Below, piece after piece: positions 35,827-48,735 of a DNA stretch of 64,000 bases. Each line of letters begins with the position of its first letter. Positions within the stretch are counted from its first letter, which is position 1. The DNA comes from Nitriliruptorales bacterium (GTDB lineage: Bacteria; Actinomycetota; Nitriliruptoria; Nitriliruptorales; JAHWKO01), in assembly GCA_046263195.1 (NCBI GenBank), contig JBHELG010000039.1, positions 4,906-68,905 on the forward strand, read 5' to 3'. The notes beneath the pieces are model-generated. The model ran no database searches. It was not told the origin of the DNA and saw only the letters and a program-made list of their open reading frames with translations. The translations under genes and the position numbers were made by a program.

Positions 35827-37965
35827 TCATCCCACATCGACGGGGTCTACATCGACCCTCACGTCGAGGCCCTCCCGGCTCCACACCACACGCAGTGGAG
35901 TGAGCGCGGCGAGCGTCGATGAGCGGTCGGCACTCTTCACGAGCAGACCGGAGCGCTCGCCGAGCGGACGGGGTCCGAGCACCTGGTCGCTGCCGGGGAG
36001 GCCACTGCGCAGGTCGGCGGCGACCCGCCGACCGTCGCCATGGACGTCGAGTCGAATCGCGTAGGCGGCGGGGGGAAAGCGCAGTTCACCTCTTCGGCGT
36101 GCTTCCTCACGCCAGAACGCTCCCGGGTCCCAAGCCACGAGCGCACGGACCGCGTGATGCCCAGGCTCCCGCGTCTGCACGACGACCGCCCCGTCCGGCA
36201 CGAGCGCGCCACGGGTGGCCGACCCGGGGCGCTTCACGCCGGCTGAGCGGGATGGCCACGCGGCCACCCGGAAAGCGAGCCTCAGGGCATCCTCGCCGGC
36301 ATCGAGTGTGGGACGCCTGAGCTGACCGTCGAGATCCGGTAGCACGACCGCCCCCACGGGACCGGGTGGCTCTGACAGGGCCGAGCCCCTCGTCATGACC
36401 ACGATCGCGGGAGGCGGCGGTGCGGGCTGCGCGTATCCCTCCAACACCGCCACGACCGTGTTCCGAAAGGTCCTGGCGAGTTCCGAGCCCAGGCGCGCCG
36501 CTCCCGCCGCGAGCGGCGCAAAGACGTCACCGCCGCAACGGCCGCAGCGCATGTGCTCACGTTCTGTCGTCCAGCCGCACCCCTCGCAGAGGACGGCCAA
36601 GTCACGACCCGTCCCGCCCGCGGTCTCGGCCCTCCCCGCCCTCCGGGCCTGCGGCCCTCCCTCGGGCAGGCCAAGACCGCTCACCCACCCGGAGGCGACC
36701 GCGAGAGAGGAGTCGCACCTTGGGCAGGCGAACCTTTCGCTGCATCGACTGCACAGGAGGGCACGACCCTCCCCGCGACGAGCAGCGAGCACGACTCCGA
36801 GTTCTCCACGCTTCAGGCATGACCGCAGGGCCTCGACGGCGGGAGTGCCGAGTCGGCCGGGAGAACCGGAGAGGGAGCGATCGTCGAGGCGCACGATGGG
36901 AGCCGCGGACCGTTCGGCGCTCCGGTCTGGTACGACCGGCCGCAGGCGCCGCTCGGCGAGCAGACGCCAAGCTGCGGCGCTCGGGACGGTGCCGACCAGT
37001 ACGGCGGTTGCGCCCGCTCGCCGCGCCCGTTCGAGCACGACCTCGCGGGCGTGGTGCCGGGGAGCGCGCCGCTCCTTGAGAGCCGGGTTCGCCTCGTCAA
37101 TGATGACGGCCAGCCCGAGTCGGGCGAGGGGCCAGAACGCCACGCCTCGTTCCCCGACCACGACCCGAAGCTGCCCGCAGCGAGCCTCGAGCCACCCCCG
37201 GTACAGGCGCCTGGCGCCAGGCCCGCCCCGCATGTCGACGGCCAGGTCCCGGAAGGCGTGCGTGACTGCATCGGCCGCGCAGCTCTTCGGCTCCGGTACG
37301 ACGACGAGGACGTCGCGACCTCCGTCCAAGGTGGCCGCGGCGAGTTCAACGAGTCGGACGCCGAGGTTCTCGTGTGGCAGCGTCCTCCAGTAGAAGGCCC
37401 CCGCTCCAGCTTCAGCCGCAACTCTGAGCTCGCTCCCCGCGTGGCCGTAGGGCGACCATGCGCTGTCATCGATCGCGACAGGCTCGGGATCGGGGGGACG
37501 AGCTGCCCGTCCGGGGGGGTACCACCCCGCCTCCTCGGCGCGGCGTTCGACGTCGCTGACGCGCTGGGGTAGGGCGTGGCGGATCACTGCGGCGGTCGGG
37601 GCGGCGAAGCGCTGTGCTGCCCAGCGCAGGACTTCGATCTCTTCCGGCGTCGCCCAGGCGTGCGGGCCGAGAACGCGCCGCACCTCACGGAGCTTGTGGG
37701 ACGACGTGTCTTGCGTCAGGGCGACGACGAGGCCGCGCACGCGCCGACCGGCGAAGACGACTTCGACGCGGGAGCCCACTCGGATGCGAGGCGCGAGTGC
37801 CTCGGGGAGGGCATAGTCGAAGGGACGGTCGAGGTGGTCGGGCTCGACCTCGACGAGAACCTGTGCGATGGGCAGCTGGTCAGACCCCGACGGCTTCGCG
37901 GAGTTCGTCCGCCCGGTCGGCGCGCTCCCAGGTGAAGGTGGCGCCGCTGCGCCCGAAGTGCCCAT
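35827..37965 (-). CDS. priA: primosomal protein N' (PriA), with a repeat-derived insertion in the Cys-rich region
   Basis: N-terminal FDYALPE, helicase-core-like region and a Cys cluster [14 protein letters not shown]...CEGCGW...CGRCGG. The ATG at 37965 overlaps the metK 3' end by 86 nt, so the true start is uncertain. Confidence 0.85.
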   Translation of the reverse strand: MGTSGAAAPPSPGSAPTGRTNSAKPSGSDQLPIAQVLVEVEPDHLDRPFDYALPEALAPRIRVGSRVEVVFAGRRVRGLVVALTQDTSSHKLREVRRVLGPHAWATPEEIEVLRWAAQRFAAPTAAVIRHALPQRVSDVERRAEEAGWYPPGRAARPPDPEPVAIDDSAWSPYGHAGSELRVAAEAGAGAFYWRTLPHENLGVRLVELAAATLDGGRDVLVVVPEPKSCAADAVTHAFRDLAVDMRGGPGARRLYRGWLEARCGQLRVVVGERGVAFWPLARLGLAVIIDEANPALKERRAPRHHAREVVLERARRAGATAVLVGTVPSAAAWRLLAERRLRPVVPDRSAERSAAPIVRLDDRSLSGSPGRLGTPAVEALRSCLKRGELGVVLAARRGEGRALLCSRCSERFACPRCDSSLAVASGWVSGLGLPEGGPQARRAGRAETAGGTGRDLAVLCEGCGWTTEREHMRCGRCGGDVFAPLAAGAARLGSELARTFRNTVVAVLEGYAQPAPPPPAIVVMTRGSALSEPPGPVGAVVLPDLDGQLRRPTLDAGEDALRLAFRVAAWPSRSAGVKRPGSATRGALVPDGAVVVQTREPGHHAVRALVAWDPGAFWREEARRRGELRFPPAAYAIRLDVHGDGRRVAADLRSGLPGSDQVLGPRPLGERSGLLVKSADRSSTLAALTPLRVVWSREGLDVRVDVDPVDVG
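36607..36692. repeat. hairpin-repeat family A, long form, inside priA
   Basis: ACCCGTCCCGCCCGCGGTCTCGGCCCTCCCCGCCCTCCGGGCCTGCGGCCCTCCCTCGGGCAGGCCAAGACCGCTCACCCACCCGG aligns along its length with the ribBA long copy. Confidence 0.75.
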
Positions 37966-39070
37966 AGGCTGCCGTCGCCTGGTAGATCGGGCGGCGCAAG
38001 TCGAGGCTGCGGATGATCGCCGCCGGGCGCAGGTCGAACACCTCCCGTATGCCCTTGAGGATGTGGTCGGGATCGGCCTGCTCGGTGCCGAACGTCTCGA
38101 TCATCATGGAGACGGGGTGGGCGACGCCGATCGCGTACGCGATCTGCAGCTCAACCCGGTTCGCGAGGCCCGCGGCCACGACCGTCTTGGCCACCCACCG
38201 AGCCGCGTACGCCGCGGAACGGTCGACCTTCGTCGGGTCCTTGCCACTGAAAGCCCCCCCGCCGTGACGCGCGTAGCCTCCATACGTGTCGACGATGATC
38301 TTGCGACCGGTGAGACCGCAGTCCGCGTGCGGACCTCCCAGCTCGAAACGGCCGGTGGGATTCACGAGCAGACGCATCTCGGACAGGTCGATGTCGTCGG
38401 GCAGAAGCGGCCTGATGACGAGCTCCTCGAGGTCGGGACGCAGGAGCGTCCCGAGGTCGATCTCGGGGCGGTGTTGTGCGGAGATGAGGATGGTGTTAAG
38501 GGCGACCGGACGGTGGTCCTCGTACTCGATGGTGACCTGGGTCTTACCGTCAGGGCGCAGGTAGGGGATCTCGCCGGCCTTGCGCACGGCGGTGAGACGC
38601 TGGGCGAGCCGGTGCGCAAGGTGAATGGGCAGAGGCATGAGCTCGGGGGTCTCGTCACAGGCGAAGCCGAACATCATCCCTTGATCGCCCGCCCCGAGTT
38701 CGTCCAGCTGATCGTAGGATCCGGCCCGGGCCTCGCGTGCCCGGTCCACGCCGAGCGCGATGTCGGGCGACTGCTCGTCGATGGAGACGGAAACGCCGCA
38801 GGTGTTGCCGTCGAAGCCCATGTCGTGGTGGTCGTAACCGATCCCTATGACCGTGTTGCGCACGATCCGCGGGATATCGACGTAGCAGTCCGTGGAGATC
38901 TCGCCCGCAACGATGACCTGACCCGTCGTCACGAGAGTCTCGCAGGCTACGCGCCCGTAGGGGTCCCGTTCGAAGATCGCATCGAGCACGGAGTCGGAGA
39001 TCTGATCGGCCATCTTGTCGGGATGACCCTCGGTCACCGACTCGGACGTGAAGAGCGTTCTACGAGCCAC
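37880..39070 (-). CDS. metK: S-adenosylmethionine synthase
   Basis: [12 protein letters not shown] and [19 protein letters not shown]. Confidence 0.95.
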   Translation of the reverse strand: MARRTLFTSESVTEGHPDKMADQISDSVLDAIFERDPYGRVACETLVTTGQVIVAGEISTDCYVDIPRIVRNTVIGIGYDHHDMGFDGNTCGVSVSIDEQSPDIALGVDRAREARAGSYDQLDELGAGDQGMMFGFACDETPELMPLPIHLAHRLAQRLTAVRKAGEIPYLRPDGKTQVTIEYEDHRPVALNTILISAQHRPEIDLGTLLRPDLEELVIRPLLPDDIDLSEMRLLVNPTGRFELGGPHADCGLTGRKIIVDTYGGYARHGGGAFSGKDPTKVDRSAAYAARWVAKTVVAAGLANRVELQIAYAIGVAHPVSMMIETFGTEQADPDHILKGIREVFDLRPAAIIRSLDLRRPIYQATAAYGHFGRSGATFTWERADRADELREAVGV

Positions 39071-39234
39071 GCTGTCTGTCTCCTGTGATCGGGTCTCGCG
39101 TCGCTGCGCACGGTCGCTGCGCTACTCGAGCGACGTGAAGCTCGGGATCGTATCGCTGCCCTGCGGTCGTCCGCTTGCGATCTCCGCCTGATCTTCCGGT
39201 TCCGGCCAAGACTGCTCCTCCCCTTTCGCACCCC

Positions 39235-40473
39235 TCAGTCGATGAGCGTCACAATCTCGTCCCAGAGCCGTCGGGCCACCTCCTCCTTCGAGGTCAGCGG
39301 CACCTCGACCCGTGAGTCGCGCCCGAGGATGACGACGCGGTTCGTATCCGTCTCGAAGCCGGCATCCGAGGCGCTCACGTCGTTGACGGCGATGAGATCG
39401 GCACCTTTCGCCTCGAGCTTTCGACGCCCATACCCCTCCGGGTCTTCGGTCTCGGCGGCGAAGCCAACCAGCACGGGACGGTCGGCCGGCCCCAGCTCAC
39501 CGCTGCGACGCGCGCGCCCGAGCTCCGCGAGGATGTCGGGATTGCGGGCAAGTTCGATCGTCTTCACCCCGTCTTCCTTCTTCATCTTGCGCTCAGCGTT
39601 GCGAGCCGGGCGGAAGTCGGACACTGCCGCGGCCTTCACGACGACGTCTGCGCCCCCGACTAGTTCGATGACCTTCTGGTACATGTCGCGCGCGGAGATG
39701 ACGGAGTGTCGTTGGACCCCGGTCGGGGTCGGCAGGTCGACGGGTCCGCTGACCAGGTGCACTTCGGCGCCTCGCCGGGCAGCTTCGGCGGCGAGTGCGA
39801 ACCCCATCTTTCCCGAGGAGCGATTGCTGATGAACCGCACCGGGTCGAGGTACTCGCGGGTGGGACCGGCGGTGACGACGACGCGCAGACCGGCCAGCTC
39901 GGGAGAGGCGAGCAGCCGCACGAGAGCGTCGAGGATCTCCTCCGGCTCGCTCATCCGGCCTTCGTCCCTATCCCCGCCGGCCAGTTCTCCCTCTTCGGGT
40001 CCGATGAGGTGCAGGCCTCGTTCTCTCAGGGTTGCGACGTTCGCCTGGGTAGCCGGGTGCCGCCACATTTCGCCGTGCATGGCTGGGGCGAGCAGGATGG
40101 GGCACGTCGCCATGAGGAGGATGTTGGTGAGCAGATCATCGGCCAGGCCCTGTGCGGCCTTCGCCAGGACGTGAGCCGTAGCCGGCGCCACGACGATCGC
40201 GTCGGCCCCACGGGCGAGTTCGATGTGCAGGGCCATGGCATCCCTCTCGTCGAGGTCTGCCGGGCGCTCCCACACCTCGATGTGGACCGGTCGTCGGGTG
40301 ATGCCAGAGAAGGTCGCTCCCCCTACGAAGTGTGACCCTCCCCGGGTGAGAATCACATCCACTGCGGCGCCGCCCCGAACGAGCAGACGAGCGAGCATGG
40401 CGGCCTTGTAAGCGGCGATTCCGCCCGAAATACCGAGGATGATCCGCCTGCCGTCCAACATGGCCTGACCCAT
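39235..40473 (-). CDS. coaBC: bifunctional phosphopantothenoylcysteine decarboxylase / phosphopantothenate--cysteine ligase
   Basis: ILGISGGIAAYK flavoprotein N-terminus and NRSSGKMG CoaB motif. Confidence 0.92.
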   Translation of the reverse strand: MGQAMLDGRRIILGISGGIAAYKAAMLARLLVRGGAAVDVILTRGGSHFVGGATFSGITRRPVHIEVWERPADLDERDAMALHIELARGADAIVVAPATAHVLAKAAQGLADDLLTNILLMATCPILLAPAMHGEMWRHPATQANVATLRERGLHLIGPEEGELAGGDRDEGRMSEPEEILDALVRLLASPELAGLRVVVTAGPTREYLDPVRFISNRSSGKMGFALAAEAARRGAEVHLVSGPVDLPTPTGVQRHSVISARDMYQKVIELVGGADVVVKAAAVSDFRPARNAERKMKKEDGVKTIELARNPDILAELGRARRSGELGPADRPVLVGFAAETEDPEGYGRRKLEAKGADLIAVNDVSASDAGFETDTNRVVILGRDSRVEVPLTSKEEVARRLWDEIVTLID

Positions 40474-40487
40474 AGGCCGTGCAGGCC

Positions 40488-40781
40488 TCAGCTCTCCGCC
40501 CGGCGTTCCTCGGTCTCGATGAAGGCGAGCGGGTCGACCACGGGGAGCGCCTCGTCCGTCCAGCGCGGTTCGACCTTGCCCTGCGCGATCTCGTCGAGCG
40601 CGATCGACAGGGGCTTGTTCGACTCGGTCGAGACGAGCGGAGGCATGTGCTGGCCGAGGCCCTCACCGAGCTGCGCATAGTAGTCGTTGATCTCCCGCGC
40701 ACGCTTTGCGGCGAGATGGACGAGTGTGAACTTGCTGTCGACCTTGTCGATCAGTTCATCGATGCGGGCGATGGCTCTCAC
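40488..40781 (-). CDS. rpoZ: DNA-directed RNA polymerase subunit omega
   Basis: Trimmed to GTG at 40781. [36 protein letters not shown]. Confidence 0.85.
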   Translation of the reverse strand: MRAIARIDELIDKVDSKFTLVHLAAKRAREINDYYAQLGEGLGQHMPPLVSTESNKPLSIALDEIAQGKVEPRWTDEALPVVDPLAFIETEERRAES

Positions 40782-40944
40782 CTCTTCCCGGCGGGGATGG
40801 TGTCGACGACCCTGACTGGACAGGGGCGCCTCACCTGGACCTGCACAGCGTAGCGGCAGCCTCCCTGGGCGTCGACGTGTCGGGAATCGTGCCCGAGGGG
40901 CGGGGGCCTTCCGCCACCCTGCGGAAACACGCAGAGGCTCCGGT

Positions 40945-41637
40945 TCAGGGCTGAGCTGTGCGGAGGATGTTCTTGATCGTCCGGACGCAGTTTTCGAGCT
41001 CGTCATTGACGAGCACGTGGTCGAAGGCGGGCGCCGCAGCCAGCTCGGAGTCCGCGGTTTCGAGCCGCCGTGCCCGCTCTTCCGCGGACTCTGTGCCGCG
41101 CAGCCGCAGACGCCGGGCCAGTTCCTCCCTCGACGGGGGTGCGAGGAAGATGAGGAGCGCATCCGCCATCTTGCCACGCACCTGCAATGCCCCTTGGACG
41201 TCGATCTCGAGCAGCACGTCGATGCCGTCGGCGAGTTTCTGCTCGACCCAGCGGCGCGGAGTTCCGTACCGAGCCTGGTGGACCGACGCCCACTCGAGCA
41301 GCTCGCCTTCGGCTATGAGCTCGTCGAACCGCTCTTCGTCCACGAAGTAGTAGTCGGCGCCTTCGACTTCTTCCGCTCTGGGGGGGCGGGTCGTGAAGGA
41401 AACCGACGCCTCGACGCCAGGCAGACGCTCGAGGAGTCGCTGCACGACCGTGCCCTTGCCCACCCCGCTCGGCCCGGAGACGACGACGAGCAGACCACGC
41501 CCCGTGCTCGCGGCTGCCATTTCAGCTCGGCCGACGCCTGGAGACGACGGTGCGGACCCGTCAGCATCGGCGGCTGGGGGGTCCGCCTCACCTGGATAGG
41601 GCCGGTGGTCCCGGTCAGCCCAGGACCCGAACATCAC
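40945..41637 (-). CDS. gmk: guanylate kinase
   Basis: [11 protein letters not shown]-loop. The start is either GTG at 41637 (GTGA overlap with the mihF stop) or ATG at 41520. Confidence 0.9.
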   Translation of the reverse strand: MMFGSWADRDHRPYPGEADPPAADADGSAPSSPGVGRAEMAAASTGRGLLVVVSGPSGVGKGTVVQRLLERLPGVEASVSFTTRPPRAEEVEGADYYFVDEERFDELIAEGELLEWASVHQARYGTPRRWVEQKLADGIDVLLEIDVQGALQVRGKMADALLIFLAPPSREELARRLRLRGTESAEERARRLETADSELAAAPAFDHVLVNDELENCVRTIKNILRTAQP

Positions 41638-41960
41638 GGCGAGCGCTGCTCTCCGAACTCGGCCAGGAGGGCGGCCCGTTGGTTGCTCCCCAGTCCTCGT
41701 AGGCGGCGGGACTGGGAGATTTCGAGCCGCTCCATGAGGCGGCGCGCCTTCACCTTGCCGTAGTTCGGCATGGACTCGATGACCTCGGAGACCTTCATCT
41801 TCGCAAGCGGCTCAGCCTCCTGAGCCCTGGCGAGGAGTTCTCCAAGCGTTACCTCACCCGCCTTCAACATCTGCTTCAGCTCAGCTCGGATACGACGCGC
41901 CTCCGCGGCCTTCTCCAAGGCCTTGCGACGCTGCTCGGGTCCAAGCTCGGGCAGGGACAT
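41634..41960 (-). CDS. mihF: integration host factor, actinobacterial type (mIHF)
   Basis: 108 aa; ...KVKARRLMERLEISQSRRLRGLGSNQRAALLAEF; conserved position upstream of gmk-rpoZ. Confidence 0.88.
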   Translation of the reverse strand: MSLPELGPEQRRKALEKAAEARRIRAELKQMLKAGEVTLGELLARAQEAEPLAKMKVSEVIESMPNYGKVKARRLMERLEISQSRRLRGLGSNQRAALLAEFGEQRSP

Positions 41961-42088
41961 TCACGGCTCCAGAGAGGGTCGGTTACGAAGCGAGGTACCT
42001 TAGTGGTTCAGGCAGGCCACCGATAGCGCTCGTCTTCTCGCCATCAGCGGCTGGCTCCCACAGCCGGAGGGAAAGGCCCGAGGCCGCG

Positions 42089-42658
42089 CTATCGCCCGGA
42101 GCCCGGCGAGTGAAATGGCGCACCGACCCTGCACAGCGGACATTCGGCGGCCTCCCAAGTGCGAATCGCCATCTTCGCGAGCGAATGCGCTTCGAACGGC
42201 AGGGGCTGTTCGGGCGTGCTGCGATCCACGATCGCTGCGTAACCCATCACCACCGCGCCCTGCGCCTCGAGGACAGCGGCGGTCTCGATGGCCGAACGTC
42301 CGGTCGTGAGAACGTCCTCGACGACGACGATTCGTTCGCCTCTCGCCACGGTCTGGTCACGTCTCAGAGCCATCACCCCGTGATCGCGTTCGGTGAACAC
42401 GAACCGGGCTCCGAGGGCGCCCGCGACCACGAACCCGGCGAGGAGCCCCCCGAGCGCAGGGGATGCGACCGTCTCGGCATCCTTTCCCGCCGCAGCCAGC
42501 TGGGTGCCGAGCGAGCGGCCGAGCTCTGCAGCGAAGACGGGGTCCTGGAGGGCGAGAGCGCACTGGAGATAGGTGTCGGAGTGGAGCCCACTGGACAGCT
42601 GGAAGTGGCCCGTGCGGTAGACACGCCGTCGGCGGAGCTCGGCGATCAGTTCGCTCAC
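42089..42658 (-). CDS. pyrE: orotate phosphoribosyltransferase
   Basis: PRPP-binding motif IVVVEDVLTTGRS. Confidence 0.9.
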   Translation of the reverse strand: MSELIAELRRRRVYRTGHFQLSSGLHSDTYLQCALALQDPVFAAELGRSLGTQLAAAGKDAETVASPALGGLLAGFVVAGALGARFVFTERDHGVMALRRDQTVARGERIVVVEDVLTTGRSAIETAAVLEAQGAVVMGYAAIVDRSTPEQPLPFEAHSLAKMAIRTWEAAECPLCRVGAPFHSPGSGR

Positions 42659-42691
42659 GCGACGAAATCCGTCGCCGGCTCAGGAGTGCGA

Positions 42692-42791
42692 CTCTCGTGG
42701 TGCTCCTGGGGAGCGCCACTCGGGATCGTTTCCGTCGCTGTCTCAGGGGACCTAAGACAGCTCCTCTCGTGGCGCTCCTGCGGAGCGCCAC
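42692..42791. repeat. hairpin-repeat family B: two copies of CTCTCGTGG(T/C)GCTCCTG(G/C)GGAGCGCCACTC flanking a central CTGTCT/AGACAG hairpin
   Basis: Copy 1 lies at 42692-42724 and copy 2 at 42764-42795. The copy 2 stem GTGGCGCTCC/GGAGCGCCAC ends at 42791 and directly abuts the pyrF stop codon at 42792-42794. Confidence 0.65.
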
Positions 42792-43484
42792 TCACGGGGA
42801 GGCCACCGTTGCCAGGATGCTACGGGCGGCCTGGACAGGATCCGCGGCGGCCGTGATCGGCCGGCCCACGACGATGAAGTCGGCCCCCGCCGCCAGCGCC
42901 TGCTGCGGTGTGACCGGGTACGCATGGTCGTCCGTGCTCGTTCCGACCGGGCGCACGCCCGGTGTGACGACGACCGGTTTGGGCCCGAGCTGGGCGCGTA
43001 TCGGGGACACATCCCGCGGGGCGCACACCACCCCGCCGGCCCCCGCGTCCAACGCGAGCCGAGCGAGGCGGGAGGCCTGCTGGGACGCATGTGACAGGCC
43101 GAGCGCAGCGAGGTCGCCGTCCTGAAGGCTCGTCAGGACGGTGACCGCCAGCACGATCGGTGCCACGACGCCGCCGTCCGCCAGCCCTTCCACCGCCGCC
43201 GACACCATCCTCCCACCCCCGCTCGCATGCACCGTCAGCATGCCGATACCAAGCGGGCCGAGCTGGCGAGCCGCGCGAGCGACCGTTGCTGGAATGTCAT
43301 GCAGCTTCAGATCGAGAAACACCGGGCCATAGCCACGGATGCGCTCGACCGCGAGCGGCCCGTAACGGCTGAACAGCTCGAGCCCGACCTTGAAGTAGCC
43401 CACCTCACCGGACAGACGCCCCGCGAGTCGCTCGGCTTCGGCGAGCTCCGCAACGTCGAGAGCGACGATCAGCGGCCCCGGCAT
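42792..43484 (-). CDS. pyrF: orotidine 5'-phosphate decarboxylase
   Basis: Trimmed to ATG at 43484. LIVALDV, YFKVGLELF and FLDLKLHDIP. Confidence 0.88.
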   Translation of the reverse strand: MPGPLIVALDVAELAEAERLAGRLSGEVGYFKVGLELFSRYGPLAVERIRGYGPVFLDLKLHDIPATVARAARQLGPLGIGMLTVHASGGGRMVSAAVEGLADGGVVAPIVLAVTVLTSLQDGDLAALGLSHASQQASRLARLALDAGAGGVVCAPRDVSPIRAQLGPKPVVVTPGVRPVGTSTDDHAYPVTPQQALAAGADFIVVGRPITAAADPVQAARSILATVASP

Positions 43485-43488
43485 CGTC

Positions 43489-44445
43489 TCATCCGACACG
43501 CTGCCCGATCGAAACCGCGCCCCGCAGCTGACGGACGGCGGCGACTTCATGCCCGGCGCACCAGCGGGCCAGCCCGCGAACGACGTCCCGGGCCGCGAAC
43601 GGGTTGACGAAGTTGGCGGTCCCCACCGCGACGGCGACCGCGCCGGCGAGGATGAGTTCGACGGCGTCTTCAGCGCTGGACACGCCGCCGCTGCCGATGA
43701 TCGGTATGCGCGGAAGGGCCTGATGGACCTGCCAGATGTTGCGTACGGCCAGCGGTCGCACCGCAGGGCCGGAGAGGCCTCCCACCACGTTGGCAAGCTT
43801 CGGGCGTCGCGTCTCCACGTCGATCGCCATCCCGAGCAGGGTGTTGATGAGCGATACTCCGCTCGCGCCAGCCGCGACGACCGCCCGAGCGATCTCGGTG
43901 ACGTCCGTCACGTCCGGGGTGAGCTTCGCGAAGACGGGTATGTCGAGTTCCTCGCACACGGCAGCGACGACCGCGCCCGACGGTTCAGGGCGGCATGCGA
44001 AGACGATGTTGCGATCCTCGACGTTCGGGCAGGAGATGTTCACTTCGACCGCGACGATCCCGGCCCGGCCCCCCAGTTTGCCGGCGACCTTGCGATACTC
44101 CTCCACGGTCGTACCCGCGATCGAGACGATGACCGGGATTTCGCGCTCACGCAGCCAAGGCAGATCCTGCGCAATCCAGGTGTCCACGCCGGGATTCTGC
44201 AGGCCGATCGCGTTGAGCATGCCCGAGGGCGTCTCCGCCATGCGAGGGGTGGGAAGGCCTTCGCGGGGCTCGAGCGTGAGGGACTTGACGATGACGGCGC
44301 CGAGCTCTTCGACGTCGTAGAAGCGGTCGAGCTCCCGGCCGCTGGCGAAGCAGCCGGAAGCGCCCAGCACGGGGTTGCGTAGCTGGACGCCGCCGAGCTC
44401 GACGGAGAGGTCAACCTGTGCCTCGGTGTCGGTGGCCTGTTTCAT
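43489..44445 (-). CDS. pyrD: dihydroorotate dehydrogenase, catalytic subunit (class 1B)
   Basis: Trimmed to ATG at 44445 (ATGA overlap with the pyrK stop). NPVLGASGCF and NISCPN. Confidence 0.9.
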   Translation of the reverse strand: MKQATDTEAQVDLSVELGGVQLRNPVLGASGCFASGRELDRFYDVEELGAVIVKSLTLEPREGLPTPRMAETPSGMLNAIGLQNPGVDTWIAQDLPWLREREIPVIVSIAGTTVEEYRKVAGKLGGRAGIVAVEVNISCPNVEDRNIVFACRPEPSGAVVAAVCEELDIPVFAKLTPDVTDVTEIARAVVAAGASGVSLINTLLGMAIDVETRRPKLANVVGGLSGPAVRPLAVRNIWQVHQALPRIPIIGSGGVSSAEDAVELILAGAVAVAVGTANFVNPFAARDVVRGLARWCAGHEVAAVRQLRGAVSIGQRVG

Positions 44446-45373
44446 GGTCGGCGCTCGCCGGCTTGCACCTCGTCGAGCGCCGGCATCGCCAGGAACTCCG
44501 CCTGTGCCGGCGCTGAAACCCACCGGGTCCGCTCCCAGGCGATATGCGCCCCGTTCAGCACGGGCCCGTCTATGCAGGAGCGACGCAGCTGCACGCGCCC
44601 GTCATCGCCCCGGATTGGCACGACACAGGTCCAGCAGACGCCGGTACCACAGGCCATGTGCTCTTCGACGGCGACGTGACAGGGCAGTTGACGCATGGCG
44701 GCACGGTGGGCCACGGCTCGCAACATCGGCATGGGACCGCAGGCGTACACGAGACGGCTGCGGCACTCGTCGACCGCCTGGTCGAACACGTCTGTGACCC
44801 GTCCGCGTCTGCCGAAGCTGCCGTCTTCGGTTGTGAACCTCGCGCTCGCACTCATGCGCTTGGCCTCTATCGGATTGAACACCCGCTCGGCCGTCGCCGC
44901 TCCGATGATCATGTCGACCCGCAGCGCCCGACGCTGCAGCCGTTCGGCGAGAAAGAACAGGGGGGCGGCTCCGTAGCCGCCCCCGACGAGGAGGCAGGCC
45001 GTGCGCTGTTCGGGCATCGGGAAAGAGACTCCAAGAGGCCCCACGAGGTCGAGCTTGTCGTTGGGTTCGAGTTCGGCGAGCCAGGCGGTGCCGGGCCCGT
45101 GCGGGTCGAAGACGAATTGGACGGTGCCTCCCCAGGCGCCGTGGCGAGACGTCCGGTAGATGGAGAAGGGGCGCCGCAGCAGCGTCGCTCTCGACTCCAC
45201 TCCCACGTTCACGAACTGCCCCGGTTCGGCCCGTTCGGCTATCTCGGGCGCCGCCGTGATGAGCGACAGGTACGAGCCTTCGCGGCGGCGGTCGATGACC
45301 GGACAGACCACCCGAAGCGAACCGCCGTCGGGTCTTCCCATGACGACGCGCCCGCCGGCGCCGGGTAGAACGG

Positions 45374-45377
<4 letters not shown>
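44442..45377 (-). CDS. pyrK: dihydroorotate dehydrogenase electron-transfer subunit
   Basis: FAD-binding RPFSI and C-terminal 2Fe-2S cysteines [11 protein letters not shown]...C. Confidence 0.85.
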
Positions 45378-48661
<3,284 letters not shown>

Positions 48662-48682
48662 GGCGTCCCTTGTCCGCTGAGC

Positions 48683-48735
48683 GAGGTCGTAGTGGCGGTC
48701 CTGAGCCTAAGAGGTCGTAGTAGCGGTCTTGGGCC
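48683..48735. repeat. two tandem GAGGTCGTAGT(G/A)GCGGTC(C/T)TG(A/G)GCC units (reverse orientation of the ACTACGACCTC-tailed repeats)
   Basis: Units lie at 48683-48707 and 48711-48735. They fill most of the 74-nt spacer between the small ORF stop (48736) and the carB start (48661). Confidence 0.65.
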
